The notes under the pieces: generated by a model
Told to the model about the DNA's origin: nothing
What the model saw: the letters and a program-made list of their open reading frames with translations, nothing else
Database searches by the model: none
Shown: positions 28,544 through 38,567 of the stretch, one piece after another
How positions within the stretch are numbered: the first letter of the stretch is position 1
Layout of the letters: each line of letters opens with the position of its first letter
Source of the DNA: Pseudomonadota bacterium
Lineage (GTDB): Bacteria > Desulfobacterota > Desulfobacteria > Desulfobacterales > JBDRRP01
Assembly (NCBI GenBank): GCA_043825735.1
Contig: JBDRRP010000015.1
Span: forward strand, 62,001 to 113,520
Reading direction: 5' to 3'
Length of the DNA: 51,520 bases
Translations under genes and position numbers: made by a program

Positions 28544-29089
28544 TCACGCCCCGCCCCCGCCCTGGCGCGCCACGAATCCCTGGGTGTTGAGGCCGGTCGC
28601 CGATGAGGTCCCGGCGATCTTTGCCAGATAGACCGCCCCCAGTCGCGAAATGTGGCCGGCCACGGCGTCGAAGTAATTGTAGTGGGCCTGCTCCTCGTCG
28701 ATGACCATTTCAAAAAGCTTAGCCGTCACGCTGTCGCCGCTGTCCCGGCAGATATTCAGAAAACCGTTGTAAGCGATGATGGCCTTGTCCTCTTCGCCGG
28801 CGTCAAAGGAGAAAATGACGTCCACGTCTTGCCCCTTCTCCACGGGCTCTGCCTTGTCCACGGTGGGCTCGCCGCCCAGTTCCTTGATCCGCTCGGCGAA
28901 CGCTTCGGCATGGCGCATCTCGTCGATGGCAATGAGTTTTACCTGAGCGGCCAGCTCGCCGTAGTCCATGTCGTCGAGCCGGTAGTGCTGGTTCATGTAT
29001 TGGTGAATCGCCTGTAACTCCATGGCCCGGGCACTGTTCAACACGCCGATGACGATTTCCTTCTTGTTCTTTTCTGCTTTCTTTACCAT
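28544..29089 (-). CDS. bfr: Bacterioferritin
   Basis: Ferroxidase motifs ELQAIHQYMNQH, DEMRHAE and DEEQAH; GGAGG RBS. Confidence 0.88.
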   Translation of the reverse strand: MVKKAEKNKKEIVIGVLNSARAMELQAIHQYMNQHYRLDDMDYGELAAQVKLIAIDEMRHAEAFAERIKELGGEPTVDKAEPVEKGQDVDVIFSFDAGEEDKAIIAYNGFLNICRDSGDSVTAKLFEMVIDEEQAHYNYFDAVAGHISRLGAVYLAKIAGTSSATGLNTQGFVARQGGGGA

Positions 29090-29167
29090 GTAACCCCTCC
29101 TTGGCAATGTGAGTGAAATAGTGATATCGCGCCGCTGCCGCCTCGGGCAAGGTTGGCGCGGAATGCC

Positions 29168-32100
29168 TCAGGCATCGCAGCCGTGAGGGCCATCCAGGGC
29201 TTCGCGCACCGCCATCGCCAGTTTCGCCTTCTCGATGGGCTTTTGCAAAAACCCACGGAAACCGAATCGCCGGGCCTGATCCATATCCACGCCTTCACTA
29301 AAACCGGTACACAGAATCATGGCCGTATCCGGGCGGATATCAAGAATCCGGGCGGCCAGCAGATCACCGCACATCTCGGGCATGGTCATGTCAGTGATGA
29401 GCAGATCAAAACGGTGGGGCGCATCGGCAAACAAGGCCAGCGCTTCGTCGGAGCGGGTGACCGCGATGACGGTGTATCCCAGCCGTTCGAGCATGCGCTG
29501 GAGTATCAGGGCCAGAGATTTTTCATCATCCACCAAAAGAATGGTCTCGGCCCCCCGCGGGAGTATGGGTGCCGCTGGAACGGCATCCACCGCATCCATG
29601 CCCACCAGGGGCAGCAGCACCTCGAATGTGCTGCCACGGCCATCGACGCTGTCCACCCAGACAGCACCGCCGTGACGGCGCGCGATCCCCAGCACGACGG
29701 CAAGTCCCATGCCCGTTCCCTTGCCCACCTCTTTGGTGGTGAAATAGGGATCAAAAACACGCTCGATGTAATCGGCGGGTATACCGGTTCCCGTATCGGA
29801 AACCGCCAATCGAAGATACCGCTCGGCAGTAAGTTCGGAGGCTTTCGAATCGGGCAGATCCGCGGGACGCACAGCGTCCAGCCCGATCTTGAGTACGCCG
29901 CCGTGCTCAGCCATGGCATGCGCCGCATTGGTGCTCAGGTTGAAGATGATCTGATGGATCTGCACGGGATCGGCCAGCACCACATCGTCCAGGTCGGGTG
30001 CCACGATCTGTTCGATAGCGATACTGGTCGGCAGGGAGGCACGCATCAACCGAAGGGCCTCCGCCGCGATGGGGATCAAGTGCACGGCACGGCGCGGCTC
30101 CTCGCTCTTGCGGCTGAAACTGAGCAGTTGCCGTACGATGTCCTTGGCGCGAATGCAGGCACTGTAAATCTCATCCATACTACCACGCGCGGGGCTCGCC
30201 GCTGGCACATCTTCCATGGCCAGTTCCGTATTGCCGAGGATGATACTTAAAATGTTGTTGAAGTCATGGGCGATCCCGCCGGCCAGCGTACCGATGGCCT
30301 CCATCTTATGAGACTGCCGCAGTTCGGCCTCCAGTCGCTCCCTTTCAACCTGTGCTTTCTTGGCTTCGGAGATGTCCTCGAAGGCCACGCCCAGGCGGCC
30401 ACCGGCCACGGGAAAGGCCCGAATATGGTAAGCGCCCGAGAGACGATCGTCGGCATACGAAAATGAATCGGTCTCATAGACCTTTCCGGTGCGCATTACG
30501 GACAACAGCGCTTGGGTAAGACCGCTGTCACGCGCATTGGGCCAGATATCGTTGAACTCGCGATCACGCCAGGCATCGATCTGAATGCCGGTGAGCCGCT
30601 CGGCGGCAGGATTGGCCTCCTGGAGTATCAGGCGCTCGGGCGCTTCATAACTGTAAATGAACAGCCCCGCGGGGATGGATCGCACAATTTCCGACGAAAC
30701 GCTGAGCGCCTCTTCGAACCGTTTGCGCGCGGTGATATCAAGGGCGGTAAAGGTCACCCCGGTATCCAGGTCATCTCCCAGCAGCGGGGTCGAGTTCAAC
30801 AGCACGTCGATGACAACGCCGTCCTTTCGGCGCCAAAAGGTCTCGACACTGCCGGTTCCCTGCAGGGCAATCTGGTCGTATTTTTCCCGCCCCACCCGCT
30901 CGAATTCGGCGTCATCAGGGTAAAGCATGTCGGCTTTGCGGCCCGCCAGTTCGTCCTCGCAATAGCCGGTCATGCGGCACAGCTCGGTGTTCACCCAGAG
31001 AAAATGCCGTCGCACCACCAGGCCGATACCGATTGGCGCAACGCGAAATATACTCTTCAGGGTGTTCTCGCTCTGCCGCAGGGCCTGCTCGGCCCTTTTG
31101 CGGTCTTCCACTTCCCGGGACAACAAGTCGCGACTCACCGTGGTCTTCTTCAGATTCAGTGCCATGTTTCGCAGACTGTCGGCAAGCTGCCCCAGTTCCC
31201 CGGGCCATTGTGGTGCGACGGCGGTATCAAACTCTCCGCGAGCGATGGCCCCGGCCTCGGTCTGCAGCAGCCGGATCGGGCGGATGATTTTGCTGTTGCT
31301 GAATCGCCACCCCAGCCACGTCGCCATGGCCATCGTGGCCAGAAAGAGCCCGATGAACAGGCCCGTAAGCAGGTAAAGGTGATAAAACGCAGTGACAACC
31401 GGTGTTTCCACCACAACCGCCCACCGAGTCAGGGGCACGGGGGCCGACGCCCCGATGACCCATTTGTCGTCGATGCCCCGGTAAATGGCTGCCGCGGGCT
31501 TGCCGTGACGCGCCTGGGTCACGGTATCGACACTGCTGAGATCACGCTTTTTCAAGACAGAGGCGGCCTCCCTGAAGGCAATGAGAATGCCCTGGGCGTC
31601 CACCACATAGGCGTCTCTTTTCCCGCCGATGCTGGAGCGGGCAATAAACCGCCACATGGTTGAGATATTGATGTTCACCATGATGAGGCCGGTCACCCGA
31701 TCACCAATGTCGCTGATGGCCACGGCGATCGGCACCAGCGGAAACCTGGAAAACCGCGACATGGCCACATTACCGATCCGGGGTCGGCCGTCTTTGGCTT
31801 CGATAAACAACGGATCCGCTGCAATAGAGCCCAACTCGAAGGGGCGGAATGAGTAGTGACGGGAGATTTTCAGAAGCTCGTTACCGTTAAGGTCGGCCAC
31901 GGTGATGCCGTCGAAGGCTGCCACCCGGTCCAGCGTGCCGTAGATGAGATCCTTCAGGGCGCTGTCGTCTGGCCGGAGAACGCCGGCCGCCTTGGCCAGC
32001 ACCTGAATCTGCCCGGTGGTCTTTTCAAGATAGGCGCTGATGTTGCTGGCCACCCGCAGGCTGATTTCCTGTTCGGTATTGAGGATCGCCTGCCGCTGAA

Positions 32101-32227
32101 ACTCGAAAAACGTTGTCAGAGACACCAGGGCCAGAAGGCCCAGCGGGATGATCCCGAACCCCATGAGCATCGAAATGACGGGGCGGGCAAGGCTGCGCAG
32201 GCGTTTGGCTGGGTGCGGTTCATTCAT
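29168..32227 (-). CDS. Hybrid sensor histidine kinase (Cache, HAMP, two PAS, HisKA, HATPase, REC)
   Basis: Two TM segments; H-box IAHDFNN; N/G boxes NLSTNAAHA, DTGTG, FTTKEVGKGTGMGL; receiver LITDMTMP. Start overlaps the upstream stop. Confidence 0.92.
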   Translation of the reverse strand: MNEPHPAKRLRSLARPVISMLMGFGIIPLGLLALVSLTTFFEFQRQAILNTEQEISLRVASNISAYLEKTTGQIQVLAKAAGVLRPDDSALKDLIYGTLDRVAAFDGITVADLNGNELLKISRHYSFRPFELGSIAADPLFIEAKDGRPRIGNVAMSRFSRFPLVPIAVAISDIGDRVTGLIMVNINISTMWRFIARSSIGGKRDAYVVDAQGILIAFREAASVLKKRDLSSVDTVTQARHGKPAAAIYRGIDDKWVIGASAPVPLTRWAVVVETPVVTAFYHLYLLTGLFIGLFLATMAMATWLGWRFSNSKIIRPIRLLQTEAGAIARGEFDTAVAPQWPGELGQLADSLRNMALNLKKTTVSRDLLSREVEDRKRAEQALRQSENTLKSIFRVAPIGIGLVVRRHFLWVNTELCRMTGYCEDELAGRKADMLYPDDAEFERVGREKYDQIALQGTGSVETFWRRKDGVVIDVLLNSTPLLGDDLDTGVTFTALDITARKRFEEALSVSSEIVRSIPAGLFIYSYEAPERLILQEANPAAERLTGIQIDAWRDREFNDIWPNARDSGLTQALLSVMRTGKVYETDSFSYADDRLSGAYHIRAFPVAGGRLGVAFEDISEAKKAQVERERLEAELRQSHKMEAIGTLAGGIAHDFNNILSIILGNTELAMEDVPAASPARGSMDEIYSACIRAKDIVRQLLSFSRKSEEPRRAVHLIPIAAEALRLMRASLPTSIAIEQIVAPDLDDVVLADPVQIHQIIFNLSTNAAHAMAEHGGVLKIGLDAVRPADLPDSKASELTAERYLRLAVSDTGTGIPADYIERVFDPYFTTKEVGKGTGMGLAVVLGIARRHGGAVWVDSVDGRGSTFEVLLPLVGMDAVDAVPAAPILPRGAETILLVDDEKSLALILQRMLERLGYTVIAVTRSDEALALFADAPHRFDLLITDMTMPEMCGDLLAARILDIRPDTAMILCTGFSEGVDMDQARRFGFRGFLQKPIEKAKLAMAVREALDGPHGCDA

Positions 32228-33629
32228 TGGCCCCACCATCGCCTCCCGCCGGCCACGCCGGCATGGGCCAGACAGCGCTCCGATTTGCCAGTTCCTTCGG
32301 CCAGACAGTATGATACATGCCCTCCTGGACCTGGACAATAATGCCGTTTCCTAAGGTGTTTTGCCCTGTCTCCGGGTCGAAGGACACGCCGCCCCACGGC
32401 ATGACGACCTGATGGGCGCCAAAGTGCGTCTGACGCAGTGCCCCTCGGATCGCATCCGCCGATAGCGTCTCGGCGCGGTTGATGGCATCGGCCAGAACGA
32501 TGAGGCCCGTAAATGCACGAGCGCTGGTGCCGGACATGTTGCGGCCGGTCCGCTGCCGGAATAAATCGTTGATCCGCCCTACCAGGGGTTTTTTATCGGC
32601 AAGATCAAGCGCCCACACCTCACGGCTGAACACGTACTCACCCCCCTGCCCGAGTGTGGCAAGAAAGTGAGGGCTGGTAAAGCCGGCATTCATGGCGACA
32701 ATGGCCGTAGGCTGAATATTCAATGCGCGATAGCCCGTCATGAACCGGATGGCATCGTCGGCGTAGGAGGCCTGGAGGATGATGCCGGGCATCCCGCCGG
32801 CGATCTGGGCAAGTTCCCTGGAAACGTCCTGGGTTTTGGCGTCGTAGGGCACATCGGCCGTGACCTGGTATCCGAAGCGCGCCGCCAGCTTCCGTTCGGC
32901 CATGGCGACACTGGTGCCCCACAGCCGGTTTTCGTAGACGAGTGCCAGCCGATGGGGCACCGGCGAAACACCCTGCCCTGTCAAGGCCTCGAAGAAATCA
33001 AAAAAGTTTTCGGCAAAGGCCGCGTCATCGGGAGTCGTTCGAAAGAACCACAAGAGTCCCCGCTGCGTCAGCACCGGCGACGTTGATGTGGCATTGAGAA
33101 AGGGGATCCTCAGCACCTCTGCCTGCTCACTGGCTGCTGCAGTCACCGTGCTGTTGTAGCACCCCATCAGCGCCACCACGTGATGCTTGTTTACCAGTTC
33201 CACCACACGTCGGCCGGCAATGGCTTCATCGCCCTCTGAATCGGCAAAGACCACTCGAATGGGAGCACCGCCGTGCCGGTGCAACCCTGCAAATTCAGCC
33301 ATGGGCAGCGGCAGATCACGCGCGGTGTTGACCATTTCCACGGCCATTTCCACGGCATCGCGGATCTCTTTTCCGGAATCGGCACTGGGCCCGCTGAAGG
33401 GATAAATGGCACCGATAACGACAGCCGGCGCCGAGGCTGTGGATGGTGGCGACGGCTGACAACCGACCATCAGGAGCATGGCCAGCACTGCCCATGCGAC
33501 AAGGCATCGCAAGCGATGCCGGAACGGGCGGCATGCAATCCAGTGTCCCGCAATGGGGGATCCGCTTTCATAGCATGAGGGGCGATGCACCATGATTGGC
33601 AGTCTCCAGGGTTCGGTGTGATTTGTCAT
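32220..33629 (-). CDS. Type I periplasmic substrate-binding lipoprotein (branched-chain amino acid/urea-like family)
   Basis: Lipobox LMVGC; IGAIYPFSG, GCYNSTVT, WFFRTTP. True start probably downstream of 33629. Confidence 0.85.
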   Translation of the reverse strand: MTNHTEPWRLPIMVHRPSCYESGSPIAGHWIACRPFRHRLRCLVAWAVLAMLLMVGCQPSPPSTASAPAVVIGAIYPFSGPSADSGKEIRDAVEMAVEMVNTARDLPLPMAEFAGLHRHGGAPIRVVFADSEGDEAIAGRRVVELVNKHHVVALMGCYNSTVTAAASEQAEVLRIPFLNATSTSPVLTQRGLLWFFRTTPDDAAFAENFFDFFEALTGQGVSPVPHRLALVYENRLWGTSVAMAERKLAARFGYQVTADVPYDAKTQDVSRELAQIAGGMPGIILQASYADDAIRFMTGYRALNIQPTAIVAMNAGFTSPHFLATLGQGGEYVFSREVWALDLADKKPLVGRINDLFRQRTGRNMSGTSARAFTGLIVLADAINRAETLSADAIRGALRQTHFGAHQVVMPWGGVSFDPETGQNTLGNGIIVQVQEGMYHTVWPKELANRSAVWPMPAWPAGGDGGANE

Positions 33630-33897
33630 TCAATCGAGACTGGATATCAGATGGACCGTCGAAAACCAACGGCAAAACCTGCCCGATGGTGCTTTCTGCA
33701 TAAGCGTGTGAAAGTATTCTTCGTGCGCTTCGTGTTCTTCGTGCTTTCCATATCGATGGTGCGGTTAACATCAACTTCAGGGTCGTGGACAACCGTATTG
33801 CCTTTTTCAGGAGGCTCCGGTAAGACATCCGAACTTAAAGCGGACACAGCCTGTCCCTCTGATAACGGCCCCACACATGACAAAACAGGAAGGCAAT

Positions 33898-34422
33898 ATG
33901 ACGGATCAACAGGGCCAACCGGATCCCGTCCACCAGGCAGGATCGGAGCTGTTTGACTTCGCCATCGACCGCGGGGACGTCAAATGGCTGATGGACCGAC
34001 TGCCCGAGGCCGCCGCGGTAAAGCGCCCCACCGTGGAGCACGAACTTCAGATTCTGAAAATCATCACCGTCGGCTGGAGCATCGCCTACTGCCTGGCAGA
34101 CAGCCCCCATAAAACCCCGCTGTCGGAAATTTTCTGGGCGGGGATCCGGGAATTCTCACAAGGCCTGAGCCAGACAACGGAGCTGATGATCGGTCAGGAC
34201 ATCGACTATTTCAAGACCCTTCGCGAGCGTCTTGATATGTATGTGACGGCACTGAACCAAAACCCGGAGGCCCCCGAACCGGCCGCCGTCATAGGTCCCA
34301 CCTTCGCCTATGCCTGCGGCAATGTAGAAGACATCTTCACGACCATGACCGGATCCAAAATGTTCGCCACCGCCTTTGGCCGTGTGCGGGCCTACCTGAA
34401 ATCGTTGGAACCGGACCGGTGA
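33898..34422 (+). CDS. Hypothetical protein
   Basis: Host-like codon usage; GGAAGG RBS; helical protein. Confidence 0.75.
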   Translation: MTDQQGQPDPVHQAGSELFDFAIDRGDVKWLMDRLPEAAAVKRPTVEHELQILKIITVGWSIAYCLADSPHKTPLSEIFWAGIREFSQGLSQTTELMIGQDIDYFKTLRERLDMYVTALNQNPEAPEPAAVIGPTFAYACGNVEDIFTTMTGSKMFATAFGRVRAYLKSLEPDR

Positions 34423-34597
34423 CATGTCAATTCTCAAGTTGACTTTAGCCGCAGCACCGCGTGTGAACGTGTTTTGAGTCAAAGGCTGTTTCTTCGCTGT
34501 TCACAAAAATGCCGCCATGGTATAGGCCGGATGACGGGTGATCCATTGATCAAGCCGGAATGCCGTCCGCTCACCCACAGGATGAAACCAGCGGCCT

Positions 34598-35809
34598 TTG
34601 ACTGCAGCAATCATTTTCCTTCTGACCTATGCCGGCGTTGCGGCCGGGCGCATACCCGGCCTGGCCCTGGACCGGGTCGGTATCGCCGTTCTGGGAGCCA
34701 TCGCCATGGTCGTCGGCGGGGTCCTCACTCCGGCCCAGGCCCTGTCGTCCATCGATCTGCCGACCGTGCTGCTCCTGTATGCGCTGATGATCGTCTCCGC
34801 CCAACTGCGCCTGGGCGGGTTTTATACCCGGACGGCAACCGCCGTGACGCGCCTGCTCCGCCGCCCCCGGCTGTTCCTCCTGGCCCTGATGGTCTCCAGC
34901 GCGCTGCTCTCGGCCCTGCTGGCCAACGACATCGTCTGCTTCGCCTTTACCCCGGTGCTGACCCTGGGGCTTCTCGCCGCCGGGTTGGACCCGGTGCCGT
35001 TTCTCATCGGGCTGGCCGTCTCCAGCAATATCGGATCGGCAGCCACCCTCATCGGCAATCCGCAGAACATGCTCATCGGCCAGGTGGGCCGGCTTGATTT
35101 CCTGGCGTTCACACGGTGGTGCCTACCGCCGGCGGTGATCGCCCTGGTGGGCAGTTACCTGCTGATCCTATGGGGATGCCGGCGCGCCATGGTCCAAACA
35201 CCGTCAGTCTCCCGAGCGCCGGAGACCGCACTGCCACCGTTCGACCCATGGCAGACCGGCAAGGGCCTCGCCGCCGTAGCCGCTCTGGTGGCGCTGTTTC
35301 TCACGCCCATTCCCCGTGAAGTCTCTGCCCTCGGGGTAGCCGGGGTACTATTGTGCAGCCGTCGCATGAAAACCCGAGACATGCTGGGCCTGGTGGACTG
35401 GCACCTCATCACACTGTTTGGAGCCCTTTTCGTGGTCACACACGCCATTTCACAGGGCTCGTATCCGGCAACCGCCGTGTCGGTCATAAACCGCCTGGGA
35501 ATCGAACTGAGCCATCCGGCATGGCTGACCGCGGTATCGGCCCTGCTCAGCAACATCTTCAGCAACGTGCCGGCCGCCATGCTGCTGATTCGATTTCTTG
35601 ACCCGGCGGAGCCGTTGCAATGGTATGTGCTGTCAGTGTCGAGCACATTCGCCGGAAACCTGTTCATCATCGGCAGCATCGCCAACCTCATTGTCATCGA
35701 ACAGGCCGCCCGCCTTGGAATCCGCATCGGATTCGCCCGGCACGCTGCCGTAGGGGTGCCGGTCACCGTGTTCTCGCTGGCGGTGCTGGTGGGCTGGGCC
35801 TGGATGTAA
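34598..35809 (+). CDS. ArsB/NhaD/SLC13-type anion permease
   Basis: Many TM helices; LLAND, SSNIGSAATLIGNPQN, SNVPA, AGNL..GSIANLIV. TTG start. Confidence 0.9.
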   Translation: MTAAIIFLLTYAGVAAGRIPGLALDRVGIAVLGAIAMVVGGVLTPAQALSSIDLPTVLLLYALMIVSAQLRLGGFYTRTATAVTRLLRRPRLFLLALMVSSALLSALLANDIVCFAFTPVLTLGLLAAGLDPVPFLIGLAVSSNIGSAATLIGNPQNMLIGQVGRLDFLAFTRWCLPPAVIALVGSYLLILWGCRRAMVQTPSVSRAPETALPPFDPWQTGKGLAAVAALVALFLTPIPREVSALGVAGVLLCSRRMKTRDMLGLVDWHLITLFGALFVVTHAISQGSYPATAVSVINRLGIELSHPAWLTAVSALLSNIFSNVPAAMLLIRFLDPAEPLQWYVLSVSSTFAGNLFIIGSIANLIVIEQAARLGIRIGFARHAAVGVPVTVFSLAVLVGWAWM

Positions 35810-35884
35810 CGCGTCGCTGCGGGCTGGCGCAGGCGGGTCGTTCAGTGCCCCTTTCCGTTCACCGGAAGGATAAAGGATCTGGTC

Positions 35885-36439
35885 ATGAAAAACTCATTCA
35901 TCGCGCTTTTGAAGCCTTTGACACTTGTCCTTGCGTGCCTTGCGTCGTCGTGCCTCGGACCGCGGCACGACATCGCGGCCATAACCGGGTTTGACGCCCA
36001 GCGCTACCTCGGCCGGTGGTACGAAATCGCCCGCCTGCCCCACAGCTTCGAAAAGGACCTGATCGCCGTTACGGCAGATTACCACCGTAACACCGATGGC
36101 ACGATTGCAGTGATCAACCGCGGGTACCTGCCCGCAGCGCAGAAATGGTCCGAGGCGATCGGAAGAGCCCGGCTGCCGGAAGGTCCGAAGGTGGGCAGAC
36201 TGGAAGTCTCCTTTTTCGGACCTTTTTATGCCGACTACCGGGTGATCGCCCTGGATGCGGATTACCAGTGGGCCCTGGTCACGACCAACCGGAGCGACTA
36301 CCTGTGGGTGCTCTCCCGATCTCCTGAAATGGATCGGACGCTCGTGGCGCAGCTTGTTGCGCAAGCGCGCGCGTTCGGGTTCGATACCACGGCACTGATC
36401 ATGGTCGATCAATCGATGAACCTGCCGGCGGCACGCTGA
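35885..36439 (+). CDS. blc: Outer-membrane lipocalin
   Basis: Lipobox LASSC; YLGRWYEIAR, VSFFGPFY, LWVLSR. Confidence 0.92.
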   Translation: MKNSFIALLKPLTLVLACLASSCLGPRHDIAAITGFDAQRYLGRWYEIARLPHSFEKDLIAVTADYHRNTDGTIAVINRGYLPAAQKWSEAIGRARLPEGPKVGRLEVSFFGPFYADYRVIALDADYQWALVTTNRSDYLWVLSRSPEMDRTLVAQLVAQARAFGFDTTALIMVDQSMNLPAAR

Positions 36440-36539
36440 GGCCGTTGTGCTAAAATAAAAAACGCTCACGTTGCCAACGATGGCCGGCAGCATTAGATTG
36501 CACCTCAAAACAGCACCTGAAGCGGCGACGGCCGAACCG

Positions 36540-36619
36540 AGCAGGCGGTTGAAAAACGTCATGAGCGCAGGCAAGACAAGGCAACATCCGACGAGAAAGC
36601 GGCGTTTTCGGATGGACAC
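36540..36619. mobile_element. Chimeric MITE remnant (AGCAGGCGGTTGAAAAA left end, TTTTCGGATGGACAC right end)
   Basis: Right end matches the terminus of the 8507 and 38508 elements; contains CAAGGC; abuts the next MITE. Confidence 0.5.
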
Positions 36620-36808
36620 TAGAACCTATCTCAAAAAAAAGATTTTTGGTTCAGATCAAGGCGAAGCCAAGCATCAACCCGCAGGAATACTGGTGTATTT
36701 GTCTTGGAAACCCGGTGCTTCGCACCGAGTTCCAGACGAACCCCCGAGGCTTGATGAGCGGCTTCAACGCCGATATGGGGCAAAAAGACTTTTTTGAGAT
36801 AGGTTCTA
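36620..36808. mobile_element. MITE-like element, 189 bp, with a nested hairpin of about 43 bp
   Basis: Perfect 19-bp TIR; inverted relative to 5780-5925; extra palindrome at about 36701-36744. Confidence 0.85.
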
Positions 36809-36834
36809 ATTAACGCTGTAAAAAGGAGATCCGC

Positions 36835-37656
36835 ATGAACATCAATCAATACATGGACAACATCGTTCCGTGGCTCAGCACCTATTCCTTGAAGCTGGTG
36901 GCTGCCGTACTCATCTTTGTCATCGGTCGCTGGCTGGCCAAAAAGCTGACGCTGCTGCTCGGGGCGCTGATGCGGAAAAACAAGGTGGACGACACCCTCA
37001 TCGGGTTTTTCGACAGCATCGCCTATTACACGCTGCTGATCGTGGTGCTCATCGCCGCCGCCGAGCAGCTCGGCATCAATACGACATCGCTGCTCACCGT
37101 GCTGGGCGCCGCCGGTCTGGCGGTCGGTCTGGCCCTCAAGGATTCGCTCTCCAATTTTGCCTCGGGGGTGATGCTCGTGCTCTTCAAGCCATTCCGGGTG
37201 GGCCATTTCGTCAATGCCGGCGGAGTCTCCGGTACGGTTGAAAGGGTCACCATTTTCAACACCGTCCTGAACACCCCCGACAACCAGCGGGTCATCGTCC
37301 CCAACGGCAGCATCACCGGCGGGGTCATCACCAACGTGACGGCCAACGACACCCGGCGGGTGGACCTGGTCTTCGGGATCGGCTACGGCGACGACATCCC
37401 CAAGGCCAAGAAAATCCTCACCGACATCGTCGCCGCCGACGAACGGGTGCTCAAAGACCCCGCGCCGGTCATCGCCGTCTCGGAGCTGGCCGACAGCAGC
37501 GTCAACTTCGTGGTGCGACCCTGGGTGAAAACGGGCGACTACTGGAAAGTCTACTGGGATCTGACCGAAAAGGTAAAAATGACCTTCGACGCCGAAGGCG
37601 TCAGCATCCCATTCCCCCAGCGCGATGTGCACATTTACAACGAAACCGCACCCTGA
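36835..37656 (+). CDS. mscS: Small-conductance mechanosensitive channel
   Basis: GAAGLAVGLALKDSLSNFASG, KPFRVG, VPNG, IPFPQRDVH. Confidence 0.94.
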   Translation: MNINQYMDNIVPWLSTYSLKLVAAVLIFVIGRWLAKKLTLLLGALMRKNKVDDTLIGFFDSIAYYTLLIVVLIAAAEQLGINTTSLLTVLGAAGLAVGLALKDSLSNFASGVMLVLFKPFRVGHFVNAGGVSGTVERVTIFNTVLNTPDNQRVIVPNGSITGGVITNVTANDTRRVDLVFGIGYGDDIPKAKKILTDIVAADERVLKDPAPVIAVSELADSSVNFVVRPWVKTGDYWKVYWDLTEKVKMTFDAEGVSIPFPQRDVHIYNETAP

Positions 37657-37698
37657 CCGACCGCCTGAAAGCATGCGGCGGACGTTCGCGACCTGCTT

Positions 37699-38127
37699 CT
37701 ACCGGGCGATCATATACCGGTTCAGGGCTTCGTGAAGGGTCTCGGCGGCAAGAAATGCACAGTGCCGGTCTTCTTCGGGAAACGTGCCGATCTTTCCGAG
37801 GATGGCCTCGCCGGTGATGGCGGTCAGCTCATCGGGGTTCCTGCCGATCGCCATTTCCGCCGCAAAGGAGCCGCATACCGTGCTCGATCCGCAACCATCG
37901 GTAAGATAGGCGGCATGCTTCACCCGGCCATTTTCGAATTTCAGAAAAATCTCCATGGTATCGCCGCATTTTCCAGTCACCCGTGCGTGCGAATCCGGAT
38001 CGGCCATCGGCCCACGGTAACGCGGGTTGCGCCAGCGCTGAAATCCGGCCTCACCGAAGGCTTTCCGGGTTTCGTCGAATATCTGTTCCTGCAGGTTGTC
38101 AATGAAGGCATCAAAGTGGTCAGGCAT
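37699..38127 (-). CDS. NifU N-terminal / IscU-like Fe-S scaffold
   Basis: Three conserved Cys: GKCGD, DGCGSS and HCAFLA. Confidence 0.88.
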   Translation of the reverse strand: MPDHFDAFIDNLQEQIFDETRKAFGEAGFQRWRNPRYRGPMADPDSHARVTGKCGDTMEIFLKFENGRVKHAAYLTDGCGSSTVCGSFAAEMAIGRNPDELTAITGEAILGKIGTFPEEDRHCAFLAAETLHEALNRYMIAR

Positions 38128-38485
38128 AAATGTTTTCCGGCATGTAGGGATGGGTCCCCACGATCACCTCGATGCCCGCCTTGGCCTTGATCTTGCCGAT
38201 GATGGTGTCCTTGTGGGGGCAATGATCCGCCAGGCAGGCGGCGACATGAACCTTGGTGGGTTTTTCACCGAGCGGCATGTTCCACAGCTTCACCTGGGCC
38301 AGACGGGGGACGATTCCGGCACCCGGGCAGTCGCCGCAGCTGAGCAGGCCCATCACCTCCGCCTCCTGATCCTTGTAGCGGGCGAATTCGCCCTCCCGCC
38401 GATTGAAGGCCACCAGGCACCGCGAGCAGCCGATACAGACATCATCCATGACCCGCTTACATCCCACGATCAACACTTTTTCCAC
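38120..38485 (-). CDS. CGGC domain protein
   Basis: IVGC, CIGCSRC, SCGDCPG, HVAAC..CP, VGTH; GTG start after GGAGG; overlaps the downstream gene start. Confidence 0.88.
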   Translation of the reverse strand: MEKVLIVGCKRVMDDVCIGCSRCLVAFNRREGEFARYKDQEAEVMGLLSCGDCPGAGIVPRLAQVKLWNMPLGEKPTKVHVAACLADHCPHKDTIIGKIKAKAGIEVIVGTHPYMPENIYA

Positions 38486-38507
38486 GGCATCCTCCCCTGT
38501 TATTCGA

Positions 38508-38548
38508 GCCTTGCCAGAAACCAAAATCTACCATTTCTGGATGGACAC
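38508..38548. mobile_element. Truncated end of the 8507-type MITE
   Basis: Reverse complement GTGTCCATCCAGAAATGGTAGATTTTGGTTTCTGGCAAGGC closely matches 8507-8547. Confidence 0.75.
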
Positions 38549-38567
38549 AAACTGATAGCCCTCTGAT

